The notes beneath the pieces were generated by a model, which worked only from the letters and a program-made list of their open reading frames with translations, was not told the DNA's origin and did not search any database. 64,000 nt of DNA from Chrysomallon squamiferum (lineage: Eukaryota > Animalia > Mollusca), in contig CM022666.1 of assembly GCA_012295275.1 (NCBI GenBank), positions 9,238,001-9,302,000 on the forward strand, read 5' to 3'. This document shows positions 38,178 through 53,594 of this stretch, piece by piece (position 1 is the first letter of the stretch; every line of letters starts with the position of its first letter). Both the position numbers and the translations under genes were made by a program.

Positions 38178-41100
38178 ATGAAGGCGTGGAAAATCGCACT
38201 TTCGGTTCTGTCGTTTATAACCTTGTGTTCCATTATCTTCATGGGATATTTTTGTTTTGACAAGAAATGTGCATTGACCGGGAGTACGGTAATACCAACT
38301 TTCAAAGACGATCTTGAGGCATATCTAGCAGGAACCAACACCAAACACAACTTTCAAAAGGAACATGTCGACAAAGATTATGATTTAAACCTTGAAGAAG
38401 AAGATGTTATCGTTTTCTTGCACATACAAAAGACAGGAGGGTCGACGTTTGGAAAACATTTGGTAGACTTGGACACGGATCCACCTTGTGTCTGTTTCAG
38501 ACGCGGAGACCGAGGAAAACGTAAGAAACATTGCGATTGTGTGACGAGAAAAAAGACAATCTGGTTGTTTAGTCGCTTTACTACCGGCTGGCCGTGTGGG
38601 GTGCATGCAGACTGGACAGAATTAAAAGCCTGTATTACGAAAATAATGGATAAAAAGGAACGAATGAAGAGGAAAAGAAGGTTTAATATTTAAATAATTA
38701 TACATAAAAATTCTGCTAATAATACATTTTAAAAAACTACTTGTTAAATACTTAAATATGTCATTGTTCATTTACTGTTAACTAGAAAAATATTACTGTG
38801 AAATTGAAAATACCCGTAACTCACAGTTCATAGTGGTTTGAGATGTGACAGGACAAATATTAAGTTTTTTCCCCATGCTTATTGGTATGTTTTTCAGTTC
38901 TGGCCAGAGCCTGACAATTTGTCCTACACACCAGTGAAATATTGGTATAAAAGATGTTTTGCTGCTATCTCAGTGACTGATAAAGAATAGCCTATGACTA
39001 TAGTCACAGTGTTATACAGCGTTGGATGATATAAATGAGTAGTCATAGACTTAGAACAACTGACACTGATTCATTTTCCTGATTTTTAGTAAAATGACTC
39101 ACAATCTGTCACCATCTTTCTAACTGACATTTCATTTTGTATGAATAGTAAGAATGCAATAACTTATCTTAGAACTACTGTCATAATTTTAACCACTGAT
39201 ATAAGTGGTGCTACTAGAGAAAACTGAAGAGATACTGAAAAATAAGACAGCAAAATAAAAAAGCTATAAAATAACATGAAAATTCAGTTTAAAATTAAAC
39301 TGATACTTTGTTTCTCCATTGACATACATCTTGTACTTGTTTTAGTTTTATTTAATATCTGTCAGTCGGGTGTTTTAAACTACATAATTTCACAAAATGT
39401 AATGGTTAAATGGTATCTGTCTATTCATCTACAGTTGTTTATCACATGGATAATCAGCCGTTAAATATATCTTTATTTAAATTAAATACAGATAACTTAA
39501 CAAAGTTAAATGATTCTTTGATCAAGCAGTGTTCAGTACTTATATACATTTAAGATAAACAACAATATCTGTCAGTCCTACAGCTATTTTAAATTCATAT
39601 TTTTATAAATTTTAATAGTTGTGATTAATTCAGCAATTCAGTGTGTTTTTATTTAAGTTAAATAGAGGTGACAACTAATAATGGCTAAATAAATATTTTA
39701 TCAAGCTGTGTTCAGTATTTATGTTCAACTAAGATAAACAACAATAGAATTGATTGACAGATACAGTTTCCCTGCTTGATTAACCATAAGATTTGTGAGA
39801 AAGTGCAGTTTAAAATAAGAGTAGAATTGCTTAGCTTTGATAAGTCAGCTGTATTTTGAGTTAAATAAAAACATATTTAACTGCTGAATTAACCACAACC
39901 ATTACAATTTGTGAAAATATGCAGTTTAAAACAACATTCATTTCTTGTTTTTGAAATAAATTTTATTTCATACATTTCAACAATTTTTTTAAAAATAAAT
40001 GTTAGTTATTTTTCAATATTTTTATCTCTGATAAAAATAAAGCTGCATATATGTCTTATGTTAATTACTTTCATAAGTTTCTTTAATACAACACTGTTTT
40101 AATCAGATAAATATAATTTCTGAATTTAAGTGCTTGAACATTCATACAAATCAAATAGTTTATTTTTTTCAGACCTTATGTATTGGCCAAGTCCTATTGA
40201 TAATTATGTTTATGTGTTCAAGCCAGTTTTTCATTTTTTATATTTGTCATTAAATTATAATATATATGAGATATGTATTATTATTTATACATGCAGAAAA
40301 ATTGCATTAATTTTTTTTTTTCATTTGACATTTAGCTGACTATTTTATGTTTGGACTTTAAAGAAAATATTTTGCATATTAAATTAAGAAGTAGTAAAGT
40401 ATAAACAAAAGGTGTGTTTTTCTAACCTTGAATTAAAAATTACATGCAATAGTGTATCCTTGACTGAAATTACATATAAATCTGATAACACTTCATTGAT
40501 TTACTAACTTACTTTCAACAGCTGTAAAAAAAAAAATAATAATAATAAAAAGTAATAAAAAAAGAGCTCATTTTACAACATCTGTTTCAAGAATTGTACC
40601 AATAATGTGTTTATGATATTAGTAATAAAAAATTAATAAAAAATTAAACAACCTTTACTTAACTAATATGTATACTAATTATATATAATGTATACTGAGT
40701 TCTTTTTTGTTTTTTATATTATTATGTTGTTAATTATTACTCTTTTTTGTACTCAGCTGTGTAAATATTAATAAGATTAAAAACAATAAATAATCCATAT
40801 ATTTTTAATATAATTATTTTTATTATTATATATCACAAGTGAGTGAATATTAAAATATACAGTAGTAATAATATTAGTAATGATATACTACTTGTACTGA
40901 TTTTTAATATAAAATTTATAATATAATTTTTTTTTTCTATTGTTTCAAATGTGTAAATATTAATAGCATTAATGTTAAAAATGAAATACCCAGCATATGA
41001 TAGATCCATTTCAATCTTTGTCAGGATCTTTGTGGTGAGGATTCCCAATATAGTCATTGTCTCACTTGTTTGTGCCAATCAAAATCTTTATTTTGTATCA

Positions 41101-42059
41101 TTGTTCATGTTTGATACTCATTAATAATAAATCCTCAGAAATTCATGTGTTGTTGCAATGACAATAACTTATGATATTATTACTGTTATTTTATAACAAA
41201 GAATAGAATATGTTGATTTATTTTTTCATGATAAAATGGACTGATCTTATTCTCTGTTGTATGAAAACCATTTCATCATACCAGTATCTGTTTCAAAGTT
41301 TTAAGTGATTCTTTTTAAAAACAAAAATAAAATCAATCAATTTGACTGTCTAATTTCAGATATTATTATGTGACCATTTTACGAGATCCAGTAAAACGCT
41401 ATCTCAGTGAATACATGCATGTGCGCAGAGGTGCCACCTGGAAGACAGCTCACCTGATGTGTAATGGTCGCCAGGCAACATTGGAAGAAGTACCTGTTTG
41501 TTATGACGCTGTTGATTGGAGGAATGTTACTCTTGACGAGTTTCTAAACTGTCCATACAATCTGGCACATGACCGCCAGACCCGTATGTTAGCCAATCTC
41601 AGTGTTGTGAACTGTTACAACACAACGGGCATGGATAAAAAAATACGTGATGAGAAAATGCTGGCAAGTGCTAAAACAAACCTGCTGGACATGGCCTTCT
41701 TTGGTTTAACCGAGTTTCAAAAAGACACACAGTTTTTATTTGAACACACATTCAAGCTGAAGTTCATGGAGGAATTTCTACAGTTCAACAAGACCACAAG
41801 CAACCGAGCAAAAGTCTCTGAAGATCAGAAAAAGAAAATCATTGAAAGAAACAAGCTGGACATTCAGCTGTACCAGTTTGCCAAAGATCTCTTCTTACAG
41901 AGGTTGAAAAAAGCTAAAGAAGAAGTTGAACAGCAGTCCCATGCAGATGCTGATGATAATGTAGAGGGTGTGAAAGATAACAATGATGAGGAAGACAGAC
42001 AGTATAAATTTAAAAGAAACATTGACAGAAAAAATATTCCATCTGTAATAAATAGATAA
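38178..42059 (+). CDS. HS6ST: Heparan-sulfate 6-O-sulfotransferase, complete, 2 exons, 400 aa
   Basis: join 38178-38680, 41360-42059 (phase 2). N-terminal TM anchor, 5'-PSB FLHIQKTGGST, WLFSRFTTGWPCGVHADWTEL, 3'-PB LRDPVKRYLSEY, RGATWK, RQTRMLA. Confidence 0.97.
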
Positions 42060-43147
42060 ATGTTTACACATCATATTTAATTATCTATATACTTTCATTA
42101 TCCAGTCAAGCATATTTATATTAATTATAAATTATACTGTTCTAATGTTAATAAAAGTGTGAAGATGAAATTCAGAAATGTTTTAGAAAAATCAGTTATG
42201 ATGTTATTTTTTTTACTGCATTGTTATGATTCATTTAATATTTAGTAAGTCAGACTATTGTGATAAAAAAATTAAAAAGGTTACAAAATTAACACTTATA
42301 TTGCAATCACATATTTTATTCTATGCAGGTAAGAAGAATGATATAAAAAAATAAAAATAAAAAAATAAAATATGCATTTTGCAATTTTGTTTACTGAAAT
42401 AAAAAACAACCACAAACAAACAGCCATTTACATTTTGTTTGAACATATATCATGGAAGGTTAAATAAAAAAAGAAAGAAAGGAAGAAAAATATCTATATT
42501 TCCAGAAACAAAACAAAAATACTTTAATCAACTTTTTAAATTAAACATGTTTGTTCTCTTAAACCATATTTTCTTTTATTAGCTGTAATATTTAAAATTT
42601 ATTTCCCTGTAAATCCCTCTTACCTGAGTTACATTTTTAATTAGTAAAATCATCTGGTAACTGCGGCAAACAATCCACTATATTTCATATCTTACTTAAA
42701 ATAGTGATTTTTGTAATCATTTTAACAGATGGCTTTAATATTATTATTTTTATTATCATTATTATCGCTTGTGACTATATTTTAAAAGAATAATCAATAA
42801 AAATAATATTTCATATTTAAAAACCCTTCACTTTTTCTTTATAGATTGTGATAGGAATCATGTGGAAAGATTACACAAAACACAATTCCTGTAACCTAAT
42901 TGTTTATACCCAGTGTCTACTTTTTTTTTCTTCAATAAAACACTATTCTGAATGTCAAAGAGTTATGAAACCCCTCTTTTCTGGAACCTGGACCCTGTCA
43001 TCCGGCCAAATTTTGATGTGTTTTATTTTAAGATGGTGACATATTTGTAGCTCCAACACAGAATTCTCTAAACAATACCATCTCTAAAAATGTGATTACA
43101 TTGATGTATAAGAAACTATGTACAAACTTCAAATAAATGTATTTCTG

Positions 43148-43150
<3 letters not shown>

Positions 43151-43200
<50 letters not shown>
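43151..43200. repeat. (CA)n microsatellite
   Basis: Direct reading. Confidence 0.95.
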
Positions 43201-43201
<1 letters not shown>

Positions 43202-45789
43202 TTTCTCTCCCATTGACCATTCAGTGAATACTTAAGTGATGTAAAATTATTTTTTACTAGTCTGTACTTATATTCTAATTTATTTATTAACATATATTCA
43301 TTATTCATGCACACACATGTATACAAATATACACATGTCCATAAATATGTTATTATTACTTTTAACATAGAAATATTGTAAACATATCTCTAGCTATGAT
43401 ATCACAGCAGTGAGAAAGTTTACATATTTTACAACAGAATCTGACATTGTTTATAATAACATGTTTGTAAAATATTTAACAAGTGTCAGCTAATGTTTGA
43501 CATGTTTTATTTAACCTGGTTTTGTCTCATTGCTACATCATTTCAGTACTTTTTATAATATTTTTTTTTCAGTATAAAGTACTAGTATTTGTATTTATTT
43601 ATTCAATAACGTAATGTACATTTATTTATACATATTAAACATTTTTCTTTTACAACCAGTTTTATTATGTTAATACATTTGTTTTTATATATATTTATTG
43701 ATGTTTGGAATTCCATTTCTATGGCAGAAATAGGCTTTATATAATCTTTTAAAGATTATTTTTTCTTGAACACAGTTTCTTTACACACACACACACACAC
43801 ACAGTAAAACAGACACATAGATACATACAAGCAAACATATGTATACACATACATTACAGATATAACAGCAGAAAACAAATCACAGTTCCTGTGAATGGTT
43901 GTAACTTTACAAATGATTGTTCTACTTTATTATTAAAAAAGACTGGACAGTACTGTTAGTATAATAATAAGATATAAACAAAATATTTCAATAAACAGTA
44001 AACAGTTAAGTAAACAGTATTTTACAGTCTAATGTTAAAACAAAATTTTAAATAAAATTTAAAAAATACCATGGAAATATTCAAACTTTATTTGAGGATC
44101 AACACAAAAAATATAATTTATCCTGTGGAAGAATTTAAATTTTTGTTAGAACTATCGTATATACAATTTTATTATAGAAATAAAGTAAAAAATTTGATTA
44201 GTTATTATTAACCACAATCATAAGCCTAATATTGCACTCCTCCTTCATCACAAATATAGCATTAATTCATGGACATCCAGCAGAATCTTCTAAGATGTGT
44301 TATATTAGATTTTATACAGAATAAGATGTATGATATATGATATGAAATATATGTAATATAATGGTATGTATGATAATATACGAAATATGATATACATATA
44401 TATAAGATATGATAAGACATTGATATGATATAAGATATGAAATGACATGGTACAATGCAGTACGATAGAAAATAAAACAGATTTTAAAAAAGAAAGCCAA
44501 AAAACTAAATCAGATTTGTTAACAAATACTGTTGCAGTAAGGATGTTTTCAATATTTATCTTCATCCTCATTCATTTCTGCATGTTGCAAGTTCATTGCT
44601 TTTTATCAAAAGTTTGTTTTGTTTTTTTATGTTGTTGCTTTGGGCATTTTACATGTTCATGGATCAGCCAGTTTTTAAAAGTGTATTTTGATAAATGAAA
44701 CACCTAGCATACTGGTTTGAGTGTGTTAACTTTCACGTTTTATATCTATATATATTAGTGGTTTATTTGTGAATTTTTATGGTTGATATATATCAGTAAA
44801 TAATGAGGTTTATTAATAAACAAGTGTTTTATATGAATCATATTTTTATTTTATTTTTGAAATGATAATGCATCAAACAGAAACATTGACAGACACACTC
44901 ATAGACATACAGATCATCAAGAGACATATAAACACATGTCCAGTACATATAATACATTTACATGAACATATATACATATGCATGTGTCTATTTATCCTTG
45001 TCAATGTATGACATAAGCACATGTATATATATACAAAATGAATGTAAAATAAGTTTTTGTTCACTTCAGTTGCTTCTATTCCAGTTAGAATTATTTTATC
45101 TCTGGATGTTAGTGCTTAACGGTGTCTTTTTAAAAATCTTTTATAATAATAATAATAATAATAACAACAATAACAAAAATATAATAATAGTAAAAACAAC
45201 AAACACAATGACAGTAACTGACAATCCTATTTTAACAAGCATTTTGAAAAACTCACCTAAATATCCCACTCGAGATTTAAACATTTCTTTAATATTTTTA
45301 TTATGATCATTTTTTTGTTGTTGCAAAAAAATTAAATTATTCTTGTTTTGGTAGAGATTAGATAATTCTACTACTAACAACAACAACAAAACTGATGGTA
45401 GTAACGATGAAAACAGCAACTGTAGTAATAATGATCACAGAAGAAAAGAATGCCAATGTAATTTTATTTTATTTTATTTATTTTGTTTTTACTATTATTA
45501 TTTTTATTTATTTATGACTTTTATACAGTTTGTTAAATATATATTCTTTTAATTCATATATACCAAGCAATTAGTCCTACATTTATGACTTTTATTGTGA
45601 AAGCACGCACATATCTGTCTGATTATATCATTTAACTCCTTTAATCAACATGGTATCATTTTTGTATACCTTCCCATAGATTGGAAAATATTTAATGCTG
45701 ACTAATAAACCAGTTGAAAACGTGTATGTGTAAGCTGGTTTACAAAATACAGAAGCAATTATAAACAATGTCACTTAACTTGTTGAAAA

Positions 45790-46226
45790 ACATGCGACTC
45801 GACTGTCGTCACTAAAAGTTGACCGTCATATTTATTTTATGTTTTCGAACTCTAGAAAGACTAAGCTGATGGTGCCTTTTTAAAATTCTGTAAAACTTCT
45901 ATAGAGACTGAGCTACCGGTGCCTTTTTTGAATTTCTGTACAAATCCTACAAAGACTGAGTTTTCCTAATACGCAAATTTATTTTATGAACTAAAAATTC
46001 AGTTACAGATAATAAAGAAGAAAAGAATGAAAAGAAAAGAAAATAACTGAATTCTGTAGGTCTAGTGTTAACTTTATCTAACCTTCAATAATTACGTTTA
46101 TTTATTTCTAATTATTTCGAAGACAACGACAATAATAAACAGCGTTTGTTCACTTCGTCACTTCGTTTAAGCATGTCTACATATTTTCATTCCATTAAGA
46201 ACTGCTTTAAACTTGGAGCAAAAAGC

Positions 46227-46299
<73 letters not shown>

Positions 46300-46600
46300 C
46301 TAAGACAAGGGATTGGTTAATGTAGGAATTTTTCCTGTTTGGTTGGCAATCCCCTTTATTATTAATTACTGTTCAGATAATTATAACACCATGTAGGTGT
46401 AAACAAAATTTATTCTGATTAAAAAGCAAAAGTAATTCAATTCAGCGATATCTTCACTAATTTAATTTGTACCCGATTACTGTGATTAAAACGAGAGCTG
46501 GAGCTTTCTGAGCGATAACTTATCTCCCTTCCCTACACTTCTTACACATGCGCAGATAACTAAGTGAACGCGATGCCGATATTGTAAAATGGCGGCCACT
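45790..46600 (+). promoter_or_regulatory. LRCH promoter region
   Basis: CpG-retaining stretch, NRF1-like CATGCGCA at ~46547, YY1 motif AAAATGGCGGC over the start codon, long (GA)n upstream. Confidence 0.55.
46209..46276. repeat. (GA)n microsatellite upstream of LRCH
   Basis: Direct reading. Confidence 0.95.
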
Positions 46601-46760
46601 TACGGGTCGGGCAACCAAAGCCCCCCTGTAATAGGCAGGCCGTTAGAACGCGTTTTCGAAGATGCACAAACGTCAGGAGAAGTTAATCTTTCAGGCAGAA
46701 AACTTAAGGATTACCCTAAAATTGCAAACAAATATGATCTCGCGGATACAATCGCTGCAG
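46589..46760 (+). CDS. LRCH: Leucine-rich repeat and calponin homology domain protein, first coding exon (partial gene)
   Basis: RPLERVFEDAQTSGEVNLSGRKLKDYPK...YDLADTIAA resembles LRCH N-terminus (RSLDRALEEA...LSGRKLREFP...HDLTDTTRA); CAG|GTGAGA donor in phase 1; no exon 2 found in the window. Confidence 0.88.
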
Positions 46761-49740
46761 GTGAGATAAAATTTTGTTGTTTTTTGTACAAAGTGATTTC
46801 CACCAAAGTAAAAGGATCCTTCATGTAGATATGTCTTTTGTAAACAAAATTGTTGTCAAAAGCAGAGTATTAATGGCCGCAGCATTTAGCACAGTAAATA
46901 TATATTTACTTCCCTAAACAATCTCAAGTTGCCAATCTGTAACGAGATACTTCAGTGACAGTTCAATTTGAAATGAGGCCCATTTTGGGATTGTTATTAT
47001 TTTATGATAATGTTCCCATATTGCTTTGTTGTCAAAATTATTATTTAGCTTGCCGATAGTCGATACCAGTATACATAATAGCTTCGGTGCTTCAAAATCT
47101 AATGTGTTTGTTATTATATATTTTTAATAATACAGTCACCTTGGGAACTCAAAATACTACAAATTTTGTTTATATTAACTTAATAATTCTTCAAATAATT
47201 ACTTTGTTACATTTGTATTTAACTATTTTTACATATTCGTATTTTAGTAATAATATTAATTTCCTGGACACAAAGTATTTTTAAAATAATTTTTTTGACT
47301 GGCGCTACAGGGTCAAAGTTTAAAACGATAATTAGTTAATACTACTGTTTAATTTTTATTGTAATATTGTACACTCAGTGCATAAGTTTCCTGCGTTTAA
47401 ACCGTTAAGAGTAGAACGTGCAGCTGAGCAGTGAGCACTTCACTTCATGAAAACTCACACTAACACATGTCAGCTGACAGAACAGTGGAGAGAGTGATCA
47501 TTAAAAAACCCCACAAAAAAACCTCAAATAATTATTACAAATGTGTTTGGTATTTGTTTATTATTATTGTTATAGTCTTCTTTTGTTTAAAGTAATTAAT
47601 TCACATAAAATAAATAAATATTATCATCATCACCATTATTATAAAATTCAGTATTTAAAAATGTAATTCGAAATTATTTAAGTATTTCATTTTAAAGCAT
47701 ATTTATTTATTAAAGATCCGTGTCTGTAAAAAAATAAAAATAATTTTTATCAGGTTTGCACTACATCAACAATCTTTTATTAGTGATTTTTTAAACTGAT
47801 TTATACCCTGAGATAAAACAAATAAAAAAACTAATACATAAGAATACTTCAAATTATTGTTTTCATTTCTCAAAAATAAGTTTCAAAATATATATTTTAA
47901 TATACATTTCCAGTTTTATTAGTGTATTTTTTTTTATGTTATGTAACATAAACCAAAAAGCATGTTCAAAAATGAATTAAAAGTGTGTTTAGGAAAAGAT
48001 TAAAAATGGTGGAAATTGTATCATATTACAGAGAGATGGTGTTGATGTTGGAAATGTACACTACAACGACATACACATACACACAAACCAACATTCAAAA
48101 ACACACCAGTACTCATACATGTTATGTTTTAAGTATATAAACAAAACATATTAAAGTACTTATTGATAGTAACAGTGAAAATGGTTAATATTGTCCCAGT
48201 GTTCAATGTAACTGTTTTATAAACATTTATTGTGTATGCTGTCATTTTCAATGTACATATTATACTGAAGTGAGGCTGACTGTAGCAGTAGTAATCTGTA
48301 TGATAAAATAATACATCAGCCACAACTTTGTTATTTTTAAAATCTGTGTCAGTGATTGTTTGAACTAAATAAATAATCAGAATATATTTTCTATTTTAAA
48401 AAAAAAAAAAAAATGGTTTCTGTTGATAAATGTACTTGTGATAGTGTTAACAAAATATGCCCCTACCAAAACATAGCCCCTTACACACCAAAAACAATAC
48501 ATTTAGCATTCTTGCAAATACAAGTAATTATTACATTACTTAAAAAGGTCAGTTGTTTGTAAGACAACCATAATGATTAAAGAACTTATAAATATTGTCA
48601 CAGTGTCCCCTTTTTTTTTTTTAATTTTTTTTTTTTTTCATCCACATAAAATATTTACCTTATTTTTCATATATTTATGTTTTAACATCTTTGGTTTTTA
48701 TATGGAAATGCTATTCAGACTGATACATGTAATAAATTTGGCAACCTTAACAATTATTTATTCCCTGGTGAAAATAGTGAAAATAATTTTGTGTTGAGAT
48801 TCAGATTTTCATTCCTTTGTGAGATTATTAAGAATCATTTTAAAAGCGCAGGTACTGTTAAGATCTGCAATAGCAGGAATATTAAACTGGTTAAAAAAAA
48901 AGAAAGAAAAAAACAAGAACATAAGAATACTTTATGATAAAAAGTTATATTTTTATTCAGGAGTCTATAAATAAACATAACTCTTCATTTTGAGATAGAA
49001 TACCGAACATCGCAGCTGGAATGTATAAATTATTTTCTTAGTCTTGAACAAGTTTGAACATGTTTGAATAAAGAACTTACATGAACATTAAAGAACACTT
49101 AATGGTCTTGATGGAGTGATTATGTCTTTACATTACAAAACTTTTTTCTCTTATTTTTTAAGTTATATAACATACAAATATTAAAAAAGAAATAAATTTC
49201 TTTGGATAAAATGAAGCAGGGTTGTTTACATAAATATACATTATACTGATAAATACAGATACATACACATGTACACACAGGCAGTGTTAGGATTATCAGT
49301 GTAATATTATTAGACAGTTTCAGATTTGAATATCCAGTTACAATAAATACAAGATGAAATAAAATAATGTTTGGTTACTTCATAACAGTTTTCAGTGACA
49401 TTTTAAAGCATTTATTTTAAAAGTTAAAATTAACTAATATATTTTTTATTTTATGTTTAACTTTTGTTTAAAGATATAATGTTTTTTTGTGTGTGTGTGT
49501 GTGTGCACATTTTGTATCGAGCATGTAAGTTTTTGACTATATGCATGTATTTGAACTTAAGTTTGTTGTATTACTTGTCACTGATGTTTTGTTAGTGAGG
49601 TCAAGTGTCCAGTCTAGGAAATACCAAGTGACTGACCACTAGGTTATCTGTGTGAAGTCAAGTGTGTAATTATATATCTGGTAATCTAAGCACTCTGGTT
49701 TAAACTACATTTAGTAAAAAATAGTAATAAGAAAAACAGA

Positions 49741-49772
<32 letters not shown>

Positions 49773-52700
49773 AACAGTGAACACAAATCAACAGATAGAT
49801 AAATTAAAATTTAAATATAGGCCATATATTAATTTGTTAACACAGTTTTATATAACTGTACAACTAGACATTTCAGTTTTGATATTTTAATTCTAGCTCA
49901 TTGACAACATTAACAGACAGCAGTATATATTACGTAAACAAGGCTGTCATAGCAACACAAACACAAACACAAACACATACACACACAGTGCCCCCCACAT
50001 ACACAGTGACACACAAAAAGCATACTATGCTAAACACATACATGTTTATTATATAGATTTTTAAACATTTATTGTTTTGTTAACGACATACAGATGTAGT
50101 TTCCAGACTACCTGTAATCAGAGTAACTTACTTCTAAGTGTTTTCTGTTAACAAGCTCTTCAGACTGTTCATTTAGACAAGTTGTTATTTAATCACTTTG
50201 CTAAGAGGAACATGTTTTAAACACAGACACACAAAAAATAGGATAGGTGAAATGCTTACCTGTAACACCTTAATTATTTAACACCTGTAGTTTGTCAGAT
50301 GTTGATTTCTACTTACTTATAATACTTACTACTTATAAAAGCTATAAACTGCCCATGTAAAAATGTGTTTTTTATCTGCTGAACAAAAATTTTATATATA
50401 AATTCTCAGTTTATTGGAAATCATTTATTTATTTGTTTAGTTATTTATTTTTTAATTTATTTTTTATATTGTTCTTTTTTTTTTTACTGACAACTGCCAG
50501 TTTTGCTCATCACATTCAAAGTATAATTATTACTTTTTATCTGTTTGCTGAATTAAACTCATATTCAGAATACAAATATGTTGCTTTAATCACGTCTTGT
50601 GTTGACAGCAAATTGTTTGTGCCTGAATCCGTTTTATTGCAGTAATCTAAAATTATTTCAGTCTAAAATAAAATAAAACTAGTTTCGCCAGTTTTCATTA
50701 CAGAGAAAAATGTCCTTTCTCTCACCACACCCCTATTTTTATTTTAAATATTATTGGATTAGGTCTTGTCTTTTTAGTAATTATAACCTAAGAAAATAAA
50801 TCTGTGCCAAACACTTTAAGTTGTAGTTATTGAAGAAATGTTTATATAAACACAGATACAAACACAAAAATATACACACACGCATATAAATCCACTTCTG
50901 TCATGAAACAAAGAACGTAGCACAGTATCTGATAAATTATACTGGAGCTGTGGCTGGAATGGACAATAGATAAATGCATACACCATGAAGAACTGATCCT
51001 AATACCTGTATTCATGGACATCTACATCACTGATATTCCAGAAGACTTGTCTCCAAAGCCTTTCTGGTTTTACAGATTTTCCAGACCAAATGATATCACA
51101 TAATAATTTAATAATATATCTTTGAGCAGCTAAATATATATGTGTTCTTTCACGTTTCTGTGGGAAATTTAAATTAAATAAATATCACATGTAAACATGA
51201 TGATTCAGTTAAAAATACTTTAGTATAAATGTTACAGGTTTATTAATATAGGAAGCATCAGTAAAAATCAGATAATTAATTTTAAAAATTAATTAAATAT
51301 AAATTAATGAATTTCCAGTCCTAATTTTATCAGGCCTGAAAGAGGTTCCAGACTATCAGTAAGTGGAAAAGCAGTTGTATTCCTGTATTTAAATAATTGA
51401 ATTACACCCTGCTGCCAGATTATATTTATACTAAAGTATAGAATAATAGAATCTGAATTTTGTGTATAGTCTACATCACTGCTAATAACACAGAGTGCAG
51501 ATAATCCAGTTCAGATTTTACATTTACCCTTATCTGTTTATGTTTTTTTTTCACTTTTGTAGCCAATGTTTGTCTGTTGAAAGCTTGCCAGTTGCTGCCA
51601 GATCACATTTTAAACAGCAGCAACAGCAGCTACAGTGCAATGTGTATAAATAGTTCTGCTGATTCACTTTTACAAGAACAGTGCATTAAAAAAATCTTTA
51701 TCTCTCTTTGTATACATAGTAAATTTCCTCTTCTTGAGGTATGAGGTAAATGATGATATCTTGAAAAAAACTGTCATAAATAAAACATATATCTCTGAAT
51801 ACCACACCTGACAGTTGTTAAAAGAGATTATTATATTGGAATTGTTTTCAAAGGGATTCTTATGATATTTAAAAACAACAAATGTTAAAATGTTAAATGA
51901 TTGTTGTATGAAAAGTAGTCTTAAAAAGAGTTTATCTCGGGAATTATTTTAAAGTAATTCTTGCAACCCTTAAAAGGGATTATTCCAGAGATTATTGATA
52001 TGTGAACAGTAAAGTGTTAAAGTGATTTTTGTAATACTTAAAAACAAATAGCAGAGTATTAGATGGATTTTTTCACAAATTATCTGAAAGTGATTTCTTT
52101 GTAAACAAATGGGAAAGTAATTTACAGAAGGAATAAAATTGATTATTAATTTTCTAAATGAATTAAAAAAAAGTGTTGAAAGATTAGATCAGGAATTAAA
52201 GAAACTGTAATCAAGTTGTAAAAAAATTCTGTCATATGAACAGGATTTTATTTATATTAAAGTGAATACATCTGGAATTCTGTTTGAGAGATTAATGTGA
52301 TTTTGAACTGACTTTTGTCAGTTGCATTAGTGAAATGTATCATATGACCTTAGTAAGGCATCTTGCCAGATACTGTCTAAATTCTTGCTTTAAACTTTTG
52401 TCCTGTTGTTGTAAGACCTGATACTATCACTACACCTGTGTGGGATTCATTCTTTTTTTTTCTTTGGTATTTTGTTATATTAACAGTACATTGTGTGTTA
52501 TTACAGTTTAGTGCCTGGCTGTCTGACATTTGTTGAATTGTAAAATACATGTTACAGTTACATGTTTAATCTGATATTTGTCTGTGTGTGCTGTTGCAGT
52601 ACTAAATATTGTGTAATTTATATATTACAGTATGGGATTGTGTGTTATATTACCTGATATTTATCTCTGTATACTGTCCATTGTTTTGCTAGTTACTATA

Positions 52701-53594
52701 TGTATGTGTTTTTGTGCGTAAGATGTACATTTTTTTGGTTGGCAAAAAATAATAATAATAACTGAACTTTCACAGAATCCTCATTAAACTGTTTCCAGTT
52801 CAAGCCATTGTTTCATAAGTGAATTTTTTTAAATGCACCCTTTTTTAACTTTCTTGTATGTTACATGTTCCATATAAAACTTCATTTGCTGTTAATTCAG
52901 TTGATCATTTTGTGAAGAAAATGATTTGATTTTTTTTAACTTTTTCAACCTTGGATTCCAGTTACGTTTAATGTTATTGTAATAGAAATAAATTTAAAAA
53001 TATACAAAATACCTGCCTAGTGTAATTATTTTTAATTTGTTTGTTTGTTTTTGTTCCTACTTGAAGATAATTTAGGTATATGCTACACAAATTACAGATT
53101 TTGTTTGAAACCTTTCTGATGTATGAGTTCACTGGTATTACACAAGAATTAACTAATCGTCTGTTTTATGTATCTGTTGTATAATACAGATATCTGTTAA
53201 AGTTCTGTATGTGAGTATTAAAAAGCGTACCAGTTTTCTCACTCACTGGTCACACAGGATTTAGAAAACATTTGGAACATGGCTGTATAAACATTAAGTA
53301 AAAAGAAAAAACAGAATCCACTGAAATGGCCACATCAGAGGACAACCAGTAGTTGTGTAGATACAGTGTAAAACTTGTTATCTCACTACAAGTAGTGATA
53401 AAACAGTCTTTATCTTTGGTAGACTCTACAATTAAGTTAACACATGATCTTTTGTGGAAGAAACAGTGTTTATGTAGTTCAAAAACATTGTTATCAGTGA
53501 CAGACAGTGGAAGTAAGTTAACAGATTATTAGGTTAAAAAAATATATATATTTCCCCCCCCCACATGATTTTTGTATTAGTAAAACATCATTAT

